From Candidatus Aminicenantes bacterium (lineage in GTDB: Bacteria > Acidobacteriota > Aminicenantia > Aminicenantales > JAFGBC01), in NCBI GenBank assembly GCA_963702005.1, contig OY969696.1:1824001-1888000 (forward strand): DNA of 64,000 nt, written 5' to 3'. The notes beneath the pieces were generated by a model that was not told the origin of the DNA, ran no database searches, and saw nothing but the letters and a program-made list of their open reading frames with translations. Position 1 is the first letter of the stretch, and each line of letters begins with the position of its first letter. Made by a program: the position numbers and the translations under genes. Below are positions 1 through 8,929 of the stretch, piece by piece.

Positions 1-1
1 C

Positions 2-508
2 AAGCCCGTCGTCGAGGCCGAGGCCGTCGTCTCGACCTGCTGCCTCAAGACCCACGGCTATGGCGGCATTTTTACGATGTCCCTCAAGAACTCGGTCGGC
101 GTCGTTCCCCGCAAGGGCCATCCCTTCATGCGGCAGCTCCACAATTCGCCCCACCAGCGGCGGATGATCGCCGAAATCAATGGTGCTTATCGCCCCGCCC
201 TGATCGTCGTGGACGGAATGGAAGTCTTCACGGACGGCGGCCCGATGACCGGAACCCTCAAGGCGGCGAACGTCTTCCTGGCCGGAACGGACCGGGTCGC
301 GATCGACGCCGTCGGGGTCGCAATTCTCAAGGAGCTGGGCAGCAACAAAGCGATCATGGGGACGAAGATCTTCGCCCAGGAGCAGATCGCCCGCGCCGTC
401 GAGCTCGGCCTGGGCGCCGGATCGGCCGACCGGATCGTCATCAAGACCGAGGACAAGGCGAGCGAAGATTACGCGGCAAAAATCCGGACCATCCTGGCCG
501 AGGGCTGA
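2..508 (+). CDS. DUF362 domain-containing protein (5' truncated by window edge)
   Basis: Frame is open from base 2 (KPVVEAEAVVSTCCLKTHGYGGIFTMSLKN). LKTH...T.SLKN and D.VAIDAV motifs are typical of DUF362. Confidence 0.8.
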   Translation, partial: KPVVEAEAVVSTCCLKTHGYGGIFTMSLKNSVGVVPRKGHPFMRQLHNSPHQRRMIAEINGAYRPALIVVDGMEVFTDGGPMTGTLKAANVFLAGTDRVAIDAVGVAILKELGSNKAIMGTKIFAQEQIARAVELGLGAGSADRIVIKTEDKASEDYAAKIRTILAEG

Positions 509-530
509 TTCGTAACGAGGGGGGATTGAT

Positions 531-2642
531 ATGAACAAAGTAATCGCCGGATTGGCGGCGGCGGGATGCCTTCTGGCCGCGGGCCTCTGGGGGCCGGTTT
601 GCGGTGGGGCGGCCTCGGTTCCGGCCGCGGGGCGTGCAGGGGATACAGGTTTCGGGGACATCCCCCTTTACTTCATCCCCAAAGCGGGACAGGCTGACGG
701 CCGGGCGCTTTTCTACGCAAGGACGCCCCGCTACACCCTCTGGTTGTCTTCGAGCGGCCTCATCTTCGATGCCCTGAGGAAGGAGCGGAAGGAGGGACCT
801 GGGGTCTTCAAGCGGGACGTCTCGGAGATCGTCTTCAAGGCTTCCCGTGAAGAGGTCCGGGCCGAAGCCCTCGACCCGTCTCCTTACATCGTCAGCCGTT
901 TTGAGGGGAACGATGAGTCCCTCTGGACGACGGGCATCCCCTCCTCCCGGGCGGTATTGTACAGGGACCTCTATCCGGGGATCGACCTCAAGGTCTACGG
1001 CGTCGATCGCCAAGTCGAATATGATTGGATTGTCCGGCCCGGCGCGAACCCGGCCGCCATCCGCCTGGAATTCCGGGGCGTCCGGAAACCGAGGATTTGC
1101 GCCGATGGGACCCTTATCGTCAAGACGGCTTTCGGCAACATCCGGCATCGGAGGCCCGTAGCCTATCAGGAAGCCGGGGGACGGCGCGTCACCATCGAGG
1201 CGGGGTTCAAGGCGTTGGACGGGAATGAATTCGGTTTCGAGCTCGGTCCTTACGATCCTCGCCTCCCGCTCGTCATCGATCCGGTCGTCCTGACCTACGC
1301 GACCTATCTCGGCGGCGACGATCTCGATGAGATCACGGCGATCGCGGCCGATTCCAGCGGCGCCATCTACTGCGCTGGCATCAGCTTCAGCGCCGATTTC
1401 CCGGCGGCATCTTCGGGCTCCAACGCCCTTGGCTATGCCCGTGTGGACAACTTCGTGACGAAGCTCTCGGCGGATGGCCGCAGCCTGGTTTATACGGCCT
1501 TCTTTCCCATCGGCCAATACATGGAGGGGATACGCATTCCGGACCTTGCCGTCGACGGGCGCGGCTCGGCCTATCTGGTCGGTTCGACCACCACCAAGTC
1601 CTTCCCGGTTAAAAACGCCATCCAGAAAACATTCGGCGGAGGTCCCGTGGACGGGTTTGTTCTCAAGCTCGCCCCGAGCGGCCGAAGCCTCGTTTATTCC
1701 AGTTACCTCGGCGGCGGGGGCTGGGATGCGACCCTCGGTATCGCGGTCGACGGCCAGGGGGAGGCTTTCGTCGCCGGCCTGACGGGCAGCGATGATATCC
1801 CGATTAAAAAGGCCTATCAGCCTAAGCGGAAAGGCGATCTCGATATTTTTGTCAGCAAGCTCTCCGCCGACGGCCGGAGTCTCGTCTTCTCGACATTTCT
1901 CGGGGGGTCCGACACGGAGGCGCCCTGCGACATCGGCATCGACGGAAGCGGCGCTGCTTATGTGTTTGGAAGCTCGGACAGCTCCGACTTTCCCCTCAAG
2001 TCCGCGGTCCAGAAGGCCAGGGCCGGTAGGGAAGATTTCGTGCTGACCAAATTCTCTCCGGACGGCCGGAGTCTCGTCTATTCAACTTTCCTGGGCGGCG
2101 TTCAATCGGATATCCCCGAAACCCTGGCCGTGGACGCCTCCGGAGCCGCCGTCGTCGTGGGCTATACCTCCAGCCAATTTCCGGTCAAGAACGCCTTTCA
2201 ACCGGCCCGGAAAGGGGCGCGTGAAGGGGTCGTGGCCAAGTTCGCCCCGGACGGCAAGAGCCTCATCTTTTCCACGTTTCTGGGCGGGACGGGCGATGAT
2301 TCCTGTCTTGGAGTCGCGGCGGACGCCGACGGCCGGATCTTCGTCTCGGGATTCACCGAGAGCCGTAATTTTCCCAAGAAGAAAGCCATACAGTCCGTCC
2401 TGAAAGGCAGAAGAGACGGTTTCCTGGCCGAATTCGACGCGACCGGCCGCAGCCTTCTTTTTTCCACTTACTTGGGCGGATCCTACAGAGACCAGGCTAC
2501 TAGAGTCTGCCTCGATTCTGTGGGCCGGGTCTATCTGGCGGGAATAACGAACAGCCTTGACTTCCCGGTTCAAGCGCCTTTCCAAGGGACCTTCGGCGGG
2601 GGCTTATGGGACGCGTTCATCGCTAGGATTGAAATCAAGTAA
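531..2642 (+). CDS. Secreted SBBP (beta-propeller) repeat protein
   Basis: Signal peptide; LYPGIDL and LVIDPV motifs; repeated YSTFLGG...IAVD..G..YV.G.T.S.DFP units. Confidence 0.85.
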   Translation: MNKVIAGLAAAGCLLAAGLWGPVCGGAASVPAAGRAGDTGFGDIPLYFIPKAGQADGRALFYARTPRYTLWLSSSGLIFDALRKERKEGPGVFKRDVSEIVFKASREEVRAEALDPSPYIVSRFEGNDESLWTTGIPSSRAVLYRDLYPGIDLKVYGVDRQVEYDWIVRPGANPAAIRLEFRGVRKPRICADGTLIVKTAFGNIRHRRPVAYQEAGGRRVTIEAGFKALDGNEFGFELGPYDPRLPLVIDPVVLTYATYLGGDDLDEITAIAADSSGAIYCAGISFSADFPAASSGSNALGYARVDNFVTKLSADGRSLVYTAFFPIGQYMEGIRIPDLAVDGRGSAYLVGSTTTKSFPVKNAIQKTFGGGPVDGFVLKLAPSGRSLVYSSYLGGGGWDATLGIAVDGQGEAFVAGLTGSDDIPIKKAYQPKRKGDLDIFVSKLSADGRSLVFSTFLGGSDTEAPCDIGIDGSGAAYVFGSSDSSDFPLKSAVQKARAGREDFVLTKFSPDGRSLVYSTFLGGVQSDIPETLAVDASGAAVVVGYTSSQFPVKNAFQPARKGAREGVVAKFAPDGKSLIFSTFLGGTGDDSCLGVAADADGRIFVSGFTESRNFPKKKAIQSVLKGRRDGFLAEFDATGRSLLFSTYLGGSYRDQATRVCLDSVGRVYLAGITNSLDFPVQAPFQGTFGGGLWDAFIARIEIK

Positions 2643-2713
2643 GCGGCGGGGAGGGCCGGCCTTTTCGGGACACTCCTGGCGGCGCGCGGGCCATTTATGT
2701 ATAATGTCCGCTC

Positions 2714-4525
2714 ATGTTTCCAACGGATAGCGGCGCGGGCGATCACGTCACGACTCTGAGCCGGATCTTTCTTCAAACCTGCCGAATCTATCCCAAACCG
2801 GACCTGTTGATGGTAAAGCGGGACGGCTTCTACCGGCCCATCTCGACCTCGGAATTCGAAAACAAGGTCCGGGACCTGTCTCTCGGCCTCCGGGAGCTGG
2901 GGCTTCGTCCCGGCGACAAGGTCGTCATCCTATCCGAAAACCGGCCGGAATGGGTCATCGCGGATTTCGCCGTCCTGTGCGCCGGCGGGGTCACGGTCCC
3001 CGTTTATACGTCCCTGATGCCCGAGCAGATTCGCTATATCATCTCCGATTCGGAGGCCAAGATCGGCATCTGTTCAAACCGGGATCTCTGGCTCAAGGTC
3101 GAGGCCGTCCGCGAGAAGCTCCCCCTCCTCGAGCACGCCGTCCTGATCGAGGAGGAAGCGCCCCGGGGCGTCTGGAGCTTTTCCGAGGTCATGGCCAAAG
3201 GGCGGCGGGCGGCCGCCCCGGAGGCCGGTCTTTTCGAACGCGGCGCCGAAGAGGTCCGGCCCGACGACCTGGCTTCGATCATTTATACCTCGGGGACGAC
3301 CGGGACGCCCCGCGGCGTCATGCTCAGCCACGCCAATTTCGTCAGCAACATCGAATCCCTGGACCGGATCATTTCCTTCAGAGATACCGACACGGCCCTC
3401 TCGTTCCTGCCCTTGTCTCACGTTCTGGAGAGGACGGGGACCTTTTTCCTCCTCTCCAAGGGCGCCTCGATCGCCTACGCGGAAAAGGTCGAGACCGTGG
3501 CCGAGAACATGCTCGAGGTCCGGCCGACAATCATCATCGGCGTCCCCCGCTTCTTCGAGAAGATCTACGCAAAGGTCATGGACCAGGTCCTGTCCAGTCC
3601 CCCCTTGCGGCGCCGGATTTTTTTCTGGGCCGTCAAGGTCGGAAAATCGTGCGCGGCCAAGACCGTCGCCGGACGGCCCATCCCCAAGCGATTGGCGTTT
3701 GCCCGGGCCCTGGCCCGCCGGCTCGTCTATGCCAAGATCGTCTCCAAAACGGGCGGGCGAGTCCGATTCTTCATCTGCGGCGGGGCGCCGCTGTCCGAGG
3801 ACATCGCCGAGTTCTTCTATGCCATGGATCTCTTCATCCTCCCCGGCTACGGATTGACCGAGACCTCGCCCGTCCTGTCGGCCAACGTCCTGACCGGCTA
3901 TCGATTCGGGACGGTCGGCAAGCCCATCCCCGGGGTCGAGATCCGGATCGAGCCCGACGGCGAGATCCTGGCCCGCGGTCCCAACATCATGATCGGCTAC
4001 TACAAGAACGAGGCCGAGACGAAGGCGGTTCTCGAGGACGGTTGGCTGCGCACCGGCGATATCGGCTTCCTGGACGCCGACGGCTACCTGGTCATTACCG
4101 ACCGTAAGAAGGACCTGATCGTGACCTCGGGCGGAAAGAACGTCGCCCCCCAGCCGATCGAGATCCTCCTCCAGTCGAATCCCTACATCCAGAGCGCCGT
4201 CGTAGTCGGGGCGGCCCGCAAGTTCATCTCGGCCCTGATCGTCCCCGCTTTCGAGAAGCTTGAAGCCTATGCCCGGGCCAACGCAATCCCCTTCCTGAGC
4301 CGGAGCGAGCTCTGCCGGCGCGAGGATGTCGTCGCCTTCCTTCTGGCTGAAGTCCAACGGGCGACGCCGGGCCTGGCCTCCTACGAACGGGTCAAGCGGA
4401 TCGCTCTCCTCGACCGGGACTTCGAGATCGAGGCCGGCGAGGTCACGCCGACCCTCAAGATCCGGCGCGCCATCGTCGAGGAGAAATACCGGCCTTTGAT
4501 CGACGCCCTATATGAGGGCAGCTGA
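2714..4525 (+). CDS. Long-chain fatty acid-CoA ligase (AMP-binding)
   Basis: IIYTSGTTGTPRG, GYGLTE, TGDIG, DRKKDLIVTSGGKNVAP and TPTLKIRR motifs; start may be slightly downstream. Confidence 0.9.
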   Translation: MFPTDSGAGDHVTTLSRIFLQTCRIYPKPDLLMVKRDGFYRPISTSEFENKVRDLSLGLRELGLRPGDKVVILSENRPEWVIADFAVLCAGGVTVPVYTSLMPEQIRYIISDSEAKIGICSNRDLWLKVEAVREKLPLLEHAVLIEEEAPRGVWSFSEVMAKGRRAAAPEAGLFERGAEEVRPDDLASIIYTSGTTGTPRGVMLSHANFVSNIESLDRIISFRDTDTALSFLPLSHVLERTGTFFLLSKGASIAYAEKVETVAENMLEVRPTIIIGVPRFFEKIYAKVMDQVLSSPPLRRRIFFWAVKVGKSCAAKTVAGRPIPKRLAFARALARRLVYAKIVSKTGGRVRFFICGGAPLSEDIAEFFYAMDLFILPGYGLTETSPVLSANVLTGYRFGTVGKPIPGVEIRIEPDGEILARGPNIMIGYYKNEAETKAVLEDGWLRTGDIGFLDADGYLVITDRKKDLIVTSGGKNVAPQPIEILLQSNPYIQSAVVVGAARKFISALIVPAFEKLEAYARANAIPFLSRSELCRREDVVAFLLAEVQRATPGLASYERVKRIALLDRDFEIEAGEVTPTLKIRRAIVEEKYRPLIDALYEGS

Positions 4526-4610
4526 GGCCGGTCCGCACGATATCCCATGAGGTCTTGACACACTAGAATATTTATTTGATATTACAATCAGGCGGGGGAT
4601 AGATGAAGAC

Positions 4611-6719
4611 ATGAAAAAAATCTTCTATCCGATCCTGGCTGGGTTAAGCCTCTGTCTCATAGGCGCGTCCCCGGCCGTCGGTTCTCGTTTTAGCCGGACG
4701 CTAGACAAGAAGGATCAGACTCCTCTTCAACATGAAGTCACCGTAACGCTCAAGCTGGTCCAGGTTCAGGTCGTGGATAAACGCGGGCAACCCGTAACCG
4801 ACCTGGAAAAATCGGATTTCGCGCTCAAGGACAACGGGAAACCGAGAGTTATCACGGATTTCGAAAAGCACATCTCGCCCGAGGCGGCCATGCCGCCTGA
4901 ACCGCAAAGCCCGGCTTCCTCCGGAGTTTCTTCAGGATTGAATAGAAAGTTCATGTTCTTCTTTGATTTCGCCTTCAACACTCCGTCCGGAGTTAAAAAA
5001 GCCAAAGAAGCGGCTCTGGATTTTATAGACACCCGGATCAGTCCCGATGATGAGATCGGGATCGTTTCATATTCCGCCCGGATGGGCTTGAAGCTCCACG
5101 AATTCTTAACGCGAGACCACGCCAAGGTGCGCCAACTCGTCGCTGGCCTGGGCGGAGCACAGGCCATGGGAAGGGCGATCGACCTGGGAGACCGCTATTT
5201 GGCCGACATGAAATCGCTAGAGGAAGCCCTGTCGGTCGGAGGACGAGGTGAGTTTGTAAATTCTAGTGAAATTACAAGTAAAATTAATCAAATCAACTAT
5301 GAAGGTTCCGTGACTGATTTCGCAACTCAAGTCAAGGATCTAGCCTCATCCCTCCGCTATGTTCCGGGTCAGAAGAATATTATTTTCTTCTCGTCCGGAA
5401 TTGCCAATTTTGTCCTATACGGAAAGCGCCTTGAAGGAACCTCGGGCTATTATGTATCCTTAAGCAATAACTGGGGAAACTCAGCTTTACGGGAAGCCTT
5501 TTCAGATATGAGTAAAGCGCTGGCCTCCTCCAACTGCATCATTTACACGGTCAATGTCCTAGGTCAACCATCCGGCCGCTTCGATGATAGGATGTTATTT
5601 CAAGGGTCCGGTCCCTACGATGATAAAAACCTGTCTGGCGATTTGTCGCTTAAGCAATTGGCGAGCGAGACGGGCGGCCGCTATTTCGACAACGTCAAAA
5701 ACTATGAGACGATCAACGAGGAAATCCAAAGATCGACCGGTTCCTATTATGTCTTAGGCTATTACATCGACGACAAAATAGACGGCAAGTATCATAAGAT
5801 CGGGGTCGAGGTCAAACGAAAGGGCTGCCGGGTTTATGGACAAAAAGGATATTTCGATCCAAAGCCGTTTTCCGAATACACAACGAACGAAAAGCTCCTT
5901 CAGCTGATCGACCTGGCCCTGAGCGATCGTCCTTATCTCCAGGATGCCGTCAATTTTCCGCTGATCGTCCTGCCCTATGCCCTTGGAGCCAAAGCCGGAC
6001 TCGCCCTCCTGGCCAAGGTCCCGGCGGGGAAAATCTTTCAGGCGGCGGGGCAGAGAGTGGAAGCCCTGACGCTCGTCTTCGATCAAAAACGGGATGTTGT
6101 AGCATTCAAGAGGGAAGAGGTCGCCGGGTGGCCCGGGTCGGAGGAGGACGCGTTCGTTTCGTCCCTGATCTCTCTTGATCCCGGCGAATACCAATGCCGG
6201 GTGGTTCTGAGAAATATGGAAACCGGAATGGGAGCCCGAGGCTCCTGCCGTGTCTCCGTTCCCGAGGGTCAGAGTTCGAGATTCATGCTGCTCGCGCCGC
6301 TCATCCTCAGGCCGGGGAAAGGAACCGTATTTTTGAACGGCGCGACAGCGACGGCTAAGAATCCGGCCCGAGTTCTTTTCACCGATATCTATCCTTTCGA
6401 CACGGAGCGATATTGCCCCATTACGAAGCCGCTCGAAAAAACGAATACGGAGCTCTCGGTTGTTGTCCGTTGCCAGGGATCCGGCCTCCGGAATCCGGAC
6501 TTGGTCTTTTCCGCCCAGCTCGTCGCCGCTTCCTCGGGGGAGATCGTCCCGGTTTCGACCTCGGTCGTCAAACAATCGGAAAACGGCCAGGCGTTCGTGT
6601 CCGAACTGCGGCTCATAACGGGAGAGCTCAAGCCGGGCGAATACACCCTGACCTTGTTCGCGGGCGAGAAGAATTCGGGGCAGAGCTCGACGGCGACAAG
6701 CAACTTCAAAGTCGACTGA
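4611..6719 (+). CDS. Acidobacterial-type VWA domain protein, secreted
   Basis: Signal peptide; LVQVQVVDKRGQPVTDL..DF, PGQKNIIFFSSG, LASETGG and YYVLGY motifs. Confidence 0.8.
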   Translation: MKKIFYPILAGLSLCLIGASPAVGSRFSRTLDKKDQTPLQHEVTVTLKLVQVQVVDKRGQPVTDLEKSDFALKDNGKPRVITDFEKHISPEAAMPPEPQSPASSGVSSGLNRKFMFFFDFAFNTPSGVKKAKEAALDFIDTRISPDDEIGIVSYSARMGLKLHEFLTRDHAKVRQLVAGLGGAQAMGRAIDLGDRYLADMKSLEEALSVGGRGEFVNSSEITSKINQINYEGSVTDFATQVKDLASSLRYVPGQKNIIFFSSGIANFVLYGKRLEGTSGYYVSLSNNWGNSALREAFSDMSKALASSNCIIYTVNVLGQPSGRFDDRMLFQGSGPYDDKNLSGDLSLKQLASETGGRYFDNVKNYETINEEIQRSTGSYYVLGYYIDDKIDGKYHKIGVEVKRKGCRVYGQKGYFDPKPFSEYTTNEKLLQLIDLALSDRPYLQDAVNFPLIVLPYALGAKAGLALLAKVPAGKIFQAAGQRVEALTLVFDQKRDVVAFKREEVAGWPGSEEDAFVSSLISLDPGEYQCRVVLRNMETGMGARGSCRVSVPEGQSSRFMLLAPLILRPGKGTVFLNGATATAKNPARVLFTDIYPFDTERYCPITKPLEKTNTELSVVVRCQGSGLRNPDLVFSAQLVAASSGEIVPVSTSVVKQSENGQAFVSELRLITGELKPGEYTLTLFAGEKNSGQSSTATSNFKVD

Positions 6720-6771
6720 CGAATATTTTTCTATGCCGTAAGTATCATGTTCTAATCCGAGGCTCCAGCCC

Positions 6772-6800
6772 TTGACAAGGCCTGACCCGATCGCTATTAT
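6772..6800 (+). promoter_or_regulatory. Sigma70-type promoter
   Basis: TTGACA-17 bp-TATTAT, followed by an AGGAG RBS and the ATG at 6842. Confidence 0.75.
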
Positions 6801-6841
6801 CCCTATATTGTTAGTGTAATTAAGGAAAGGAGACAAAGACA

Positions 6842-7864
6842 ATGAATCAACTCAAAAGATTGAGCGCGCTGGCCGCCGTCCTTCTAGTCCTGGCCGCTCC
6901 CATGCTGGCCGGCGTCGTCAAGAAGTCGAAGTCCCAAGTGACCTTCAAGGGCTTCGGGACGCTGAGCCTGGAGCAGAGCGAGCGGTTGACGGCCGAGAAG
7001 AAGGCGTCCGATTCCAAGACCGACTTCAAGGGCAAGGGGCTCCTGGGAAAAACCCTGGGCTCGGCCTTGCTCCGTTCGGGCAGCGGCGGCGAGATCGTCG
7101 ATCTCCCGGCCATGACCGTGACCAGCTTCGACAACAAGAAGAAGGAGTATTCGACGCGCCCGCTCGAGAAGATCAAGCTGGAGCAGCCGTCCGGCCAGGC
7201 CGAAGCCGGCCAGCAGGCCGAGGCCAAGCCCGTCAACGAAAGCGACATTAAGATCATCCGCAGCGAGTTCAAGGTCGAGGACACCGGCGAGACCCAGACC
7301 TTCAACCAGTTCCCCTGCAAGAAGTACGCCGTCAACTGGGAAGCCGAGTGGGAAAACGTCAAGACCAAGGCCAAGGGCACGGACAAGATGACGACACTGG
7401 TCTGGACGACCCCGATGAGCGGCGAGCTTCAGGCCGCTCAGGCCGAGGAGCTGAAATTCTCCCGGGCCTACCTCAAGGCGATCGGCCTTGACGCGGACGT
7501 CCTCAAGCGGGACGTCCTGGGCGGGCAGTGGGTCCAGCTCCTGAGCTCGATGAACCCGGCCAACCCGAGCCCCTCCCCCAAGGGCCAGCAGGTCGCGAAC
7601 GAGCTCAAGAAGATCGAGGGCTACCCCATCGTCATCGACGGCAAGTACTTCGCCATCCGGCCCGAGGGCGAGAAGAAGGCCGATGAGGAAGGGGGCGGCG
7701 GGCTGTCCTTGGGCAAGCTGGCTATGGGCGCTCTCAAGAAGAAGCCCAAGCCCGGCGAGGATCAGGAGCCGGCCATCTCCTATTACATCGAGATCCAGCA
7801 GCTCGCCTCCGCCCAGCTTGACGAGACGGCCTTCCAAGTGCCGGCGGGCTACAAGCAAAAGTAG
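6842..7864 (+). CDS. Secreted hypothetical protein, DUF4412-like
   Basis: Signal peptide; DTGETQTFNQFPCKKY and a C-terminal FQVPAGYK motif; strongly G/C-ending codons. Confidence 0.7.
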   Translation: MNQLKRLSALAAVLLVLAAPMLAGVVKKSKSQVTFKGFGTLSLEQSERLTAEKKASDSKTDFKGKGLLGKTLGSALLRSGSGGEIVDLPAMTVTSFDNKKKEYSTRPLEKIKLEQPSGQAEAGQQAEAKPVNESDIKIIRSEFKVEDTGETQTFNQFPCKKYAVNWEAEWENVKTKAKGTDKMTTLVWTTPMSGELQAAQAEELKFSRAYLKAIGLDADVLKRDVLGGQWVQLLSSMNPANPSPSPKGQQVANELKKIEGYPIVIDGKYFAIRPEGEKKADEEGGGGLSLGKLAMGALKKKPKPGEDQEPAISYYIEIQQLASAQLDETAFQVPAGYKQK

Positions 7865-7888
7865 CGCTTCGCAGCGATCGACGTTCCG

Positions 7889-7929
7889 GGCCGGGCGCCG
7901 CTCTTGAGGCGGCCCCGGCCTTTCTTTTT
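7889..7929 (+). terminator. Intrinsic terminator
   Basis: GC-rich stem GGCCGGG...CCCGGCC followed by TTTCTTTTT just after the stop at 7864. Confidence 0.75.
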
Positions 7930-8323
7930 CGCGGGGCAGGGGATGGAAAAATTCTTTCCATGCCTGTAAAAAAATAGGGGACATGTTCGTCCCCCGCCGC
8001 GATTCCCGATAATCCTTGCCTGTCCGCGGCCGATTCCCTGCCCGGCGCCCTGGTATGATTCTTGCCTATCCAAGGGTGATCGGAATCCTCATGGCATCGA
8101 GTCCAATATTTTGGAATCAAGAAGCGAGGAGGTCCCATTGAAAAAAGCGTGCGTTTTGTTTATGGCACTGGCTCTGGCCATGGCCGCGCCGTTCGCCGTC
8201 GCCTCGATTCAAGACCTCTCGAAAGCTTTCGAGAACGGCGAAATCGATAAGATCCTCAAGATGCTCGACGATGACCCGCAATTGCTGAAGGCCGACATGG
8301 GCGCGGGCATGACGCCCTTGCAC

Positions 8324-8929
8324 GAAAGCTTTACAGGCTGCCCCGTGGCTTGCCACGGGGTGGAATGTATGCCTTGCCGAGGGGGTGATAAGGGGGACCG
8401 GAAAGTCCCCCTTATCCACAAAGGCCCTTGCTCGGGAGTGTGGTAAAGTATATGGGTGACGCTGAAACGGACGAGTCATTCGGTCTACGACACGTCCTAC
8501 CATCTGGTCTGGTGTCCGAAGTACCGGAAGAAGATATTCGAGCGGGTGGAAGTCCGGGAACGAGCGAAACAGATCGTGGGAGAGATTTGCGAATCGTACG
8601 ATATTGAAATCATCGAGATGGAAATTACCGAAGATCATATTCATTTGCTAGTATCATTTCCGCCATCGCGATCGATCGGGGAGGTCGTCAGGATCATAAA
8701 GAGCATGAGTGGGAGGGGGTTGTTTCGCGAGTTTGCGGGCTTGAAAAAGAAGCTGTGGGGCGGGGAAGTGTGGGAGGACGGATATTTCGCAAGGACGGTC
8801 GGAGACCGGATGACGAGGGATGTGATCGCGAAGTACATCGTCAGTCACCGAGAACTGGAGCAAGGGCCTGCGCAGCTGGCCTTGAAGCTGCGCTCCTAAT
8901 GCCCCGCGGCTTGCCGCGGGGATCTTTAC
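8324..8929 (+). mobile_element. IS200/IS605-family element, tnpA only, 606 bp (copy 1)
   Basis: Ends defined by comparison with copy 2; subterminal hairpins at 8341-8360 and 8902-8921; inserted after TGCAC; no target duplication. Confidence 0.95.
8456..8899 (+). CDS. tnpA: IS200/IS605 Y1 (HUH) transposase
   Basis: YHLVWCPKYRK, HUH motif DHIHLL, W..GYFARTVG and catalytic Tyr in KYI. Confidence 0.95.
   Translation: MTLKRTSHSVYDTSYHLVWCPKYRKKIFERVEVRERAKQIVGEICESYDIEIIEMEITEDHIHLLVSFPPSRSIGEVVRIIKSMSGRGLFREFAGLKKKLWGGEVWEDGYFARTVGDRMTRDVIAKYIVSHRELEQGPAQLALKLRS

Noticed and set aside
1290-2640. DNA repeats in the SBBP gene as a diversity-generating signal
   Set aside because: Explained by protein propeller repeats; no reverse transcriptase or template repeat.
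7943-7994. Small palindromes ATGGAAA..TTTCCAT and GGGGAC..GTCCCC
   Set aside because: Single occurrences with short stems; no support for a repeat family or operator.
8324-8455. IStron (group I intron plus IS) rescuing the interrupted genes
   Set aside because: The left end is only about 130 bp with simple hairpins, too short for a group I core, and copy 2 is antisense to its host.
8900-8929. TnpB/IscB nuclease or omega-RNA
   Set aside because: The element ends 30 bp after tnpA and no RuvC or HNH ORF was found. The hairpins at 10.6 and 24.7 kb resemble IS605/IscB-type ends but lack an associated nuclease.
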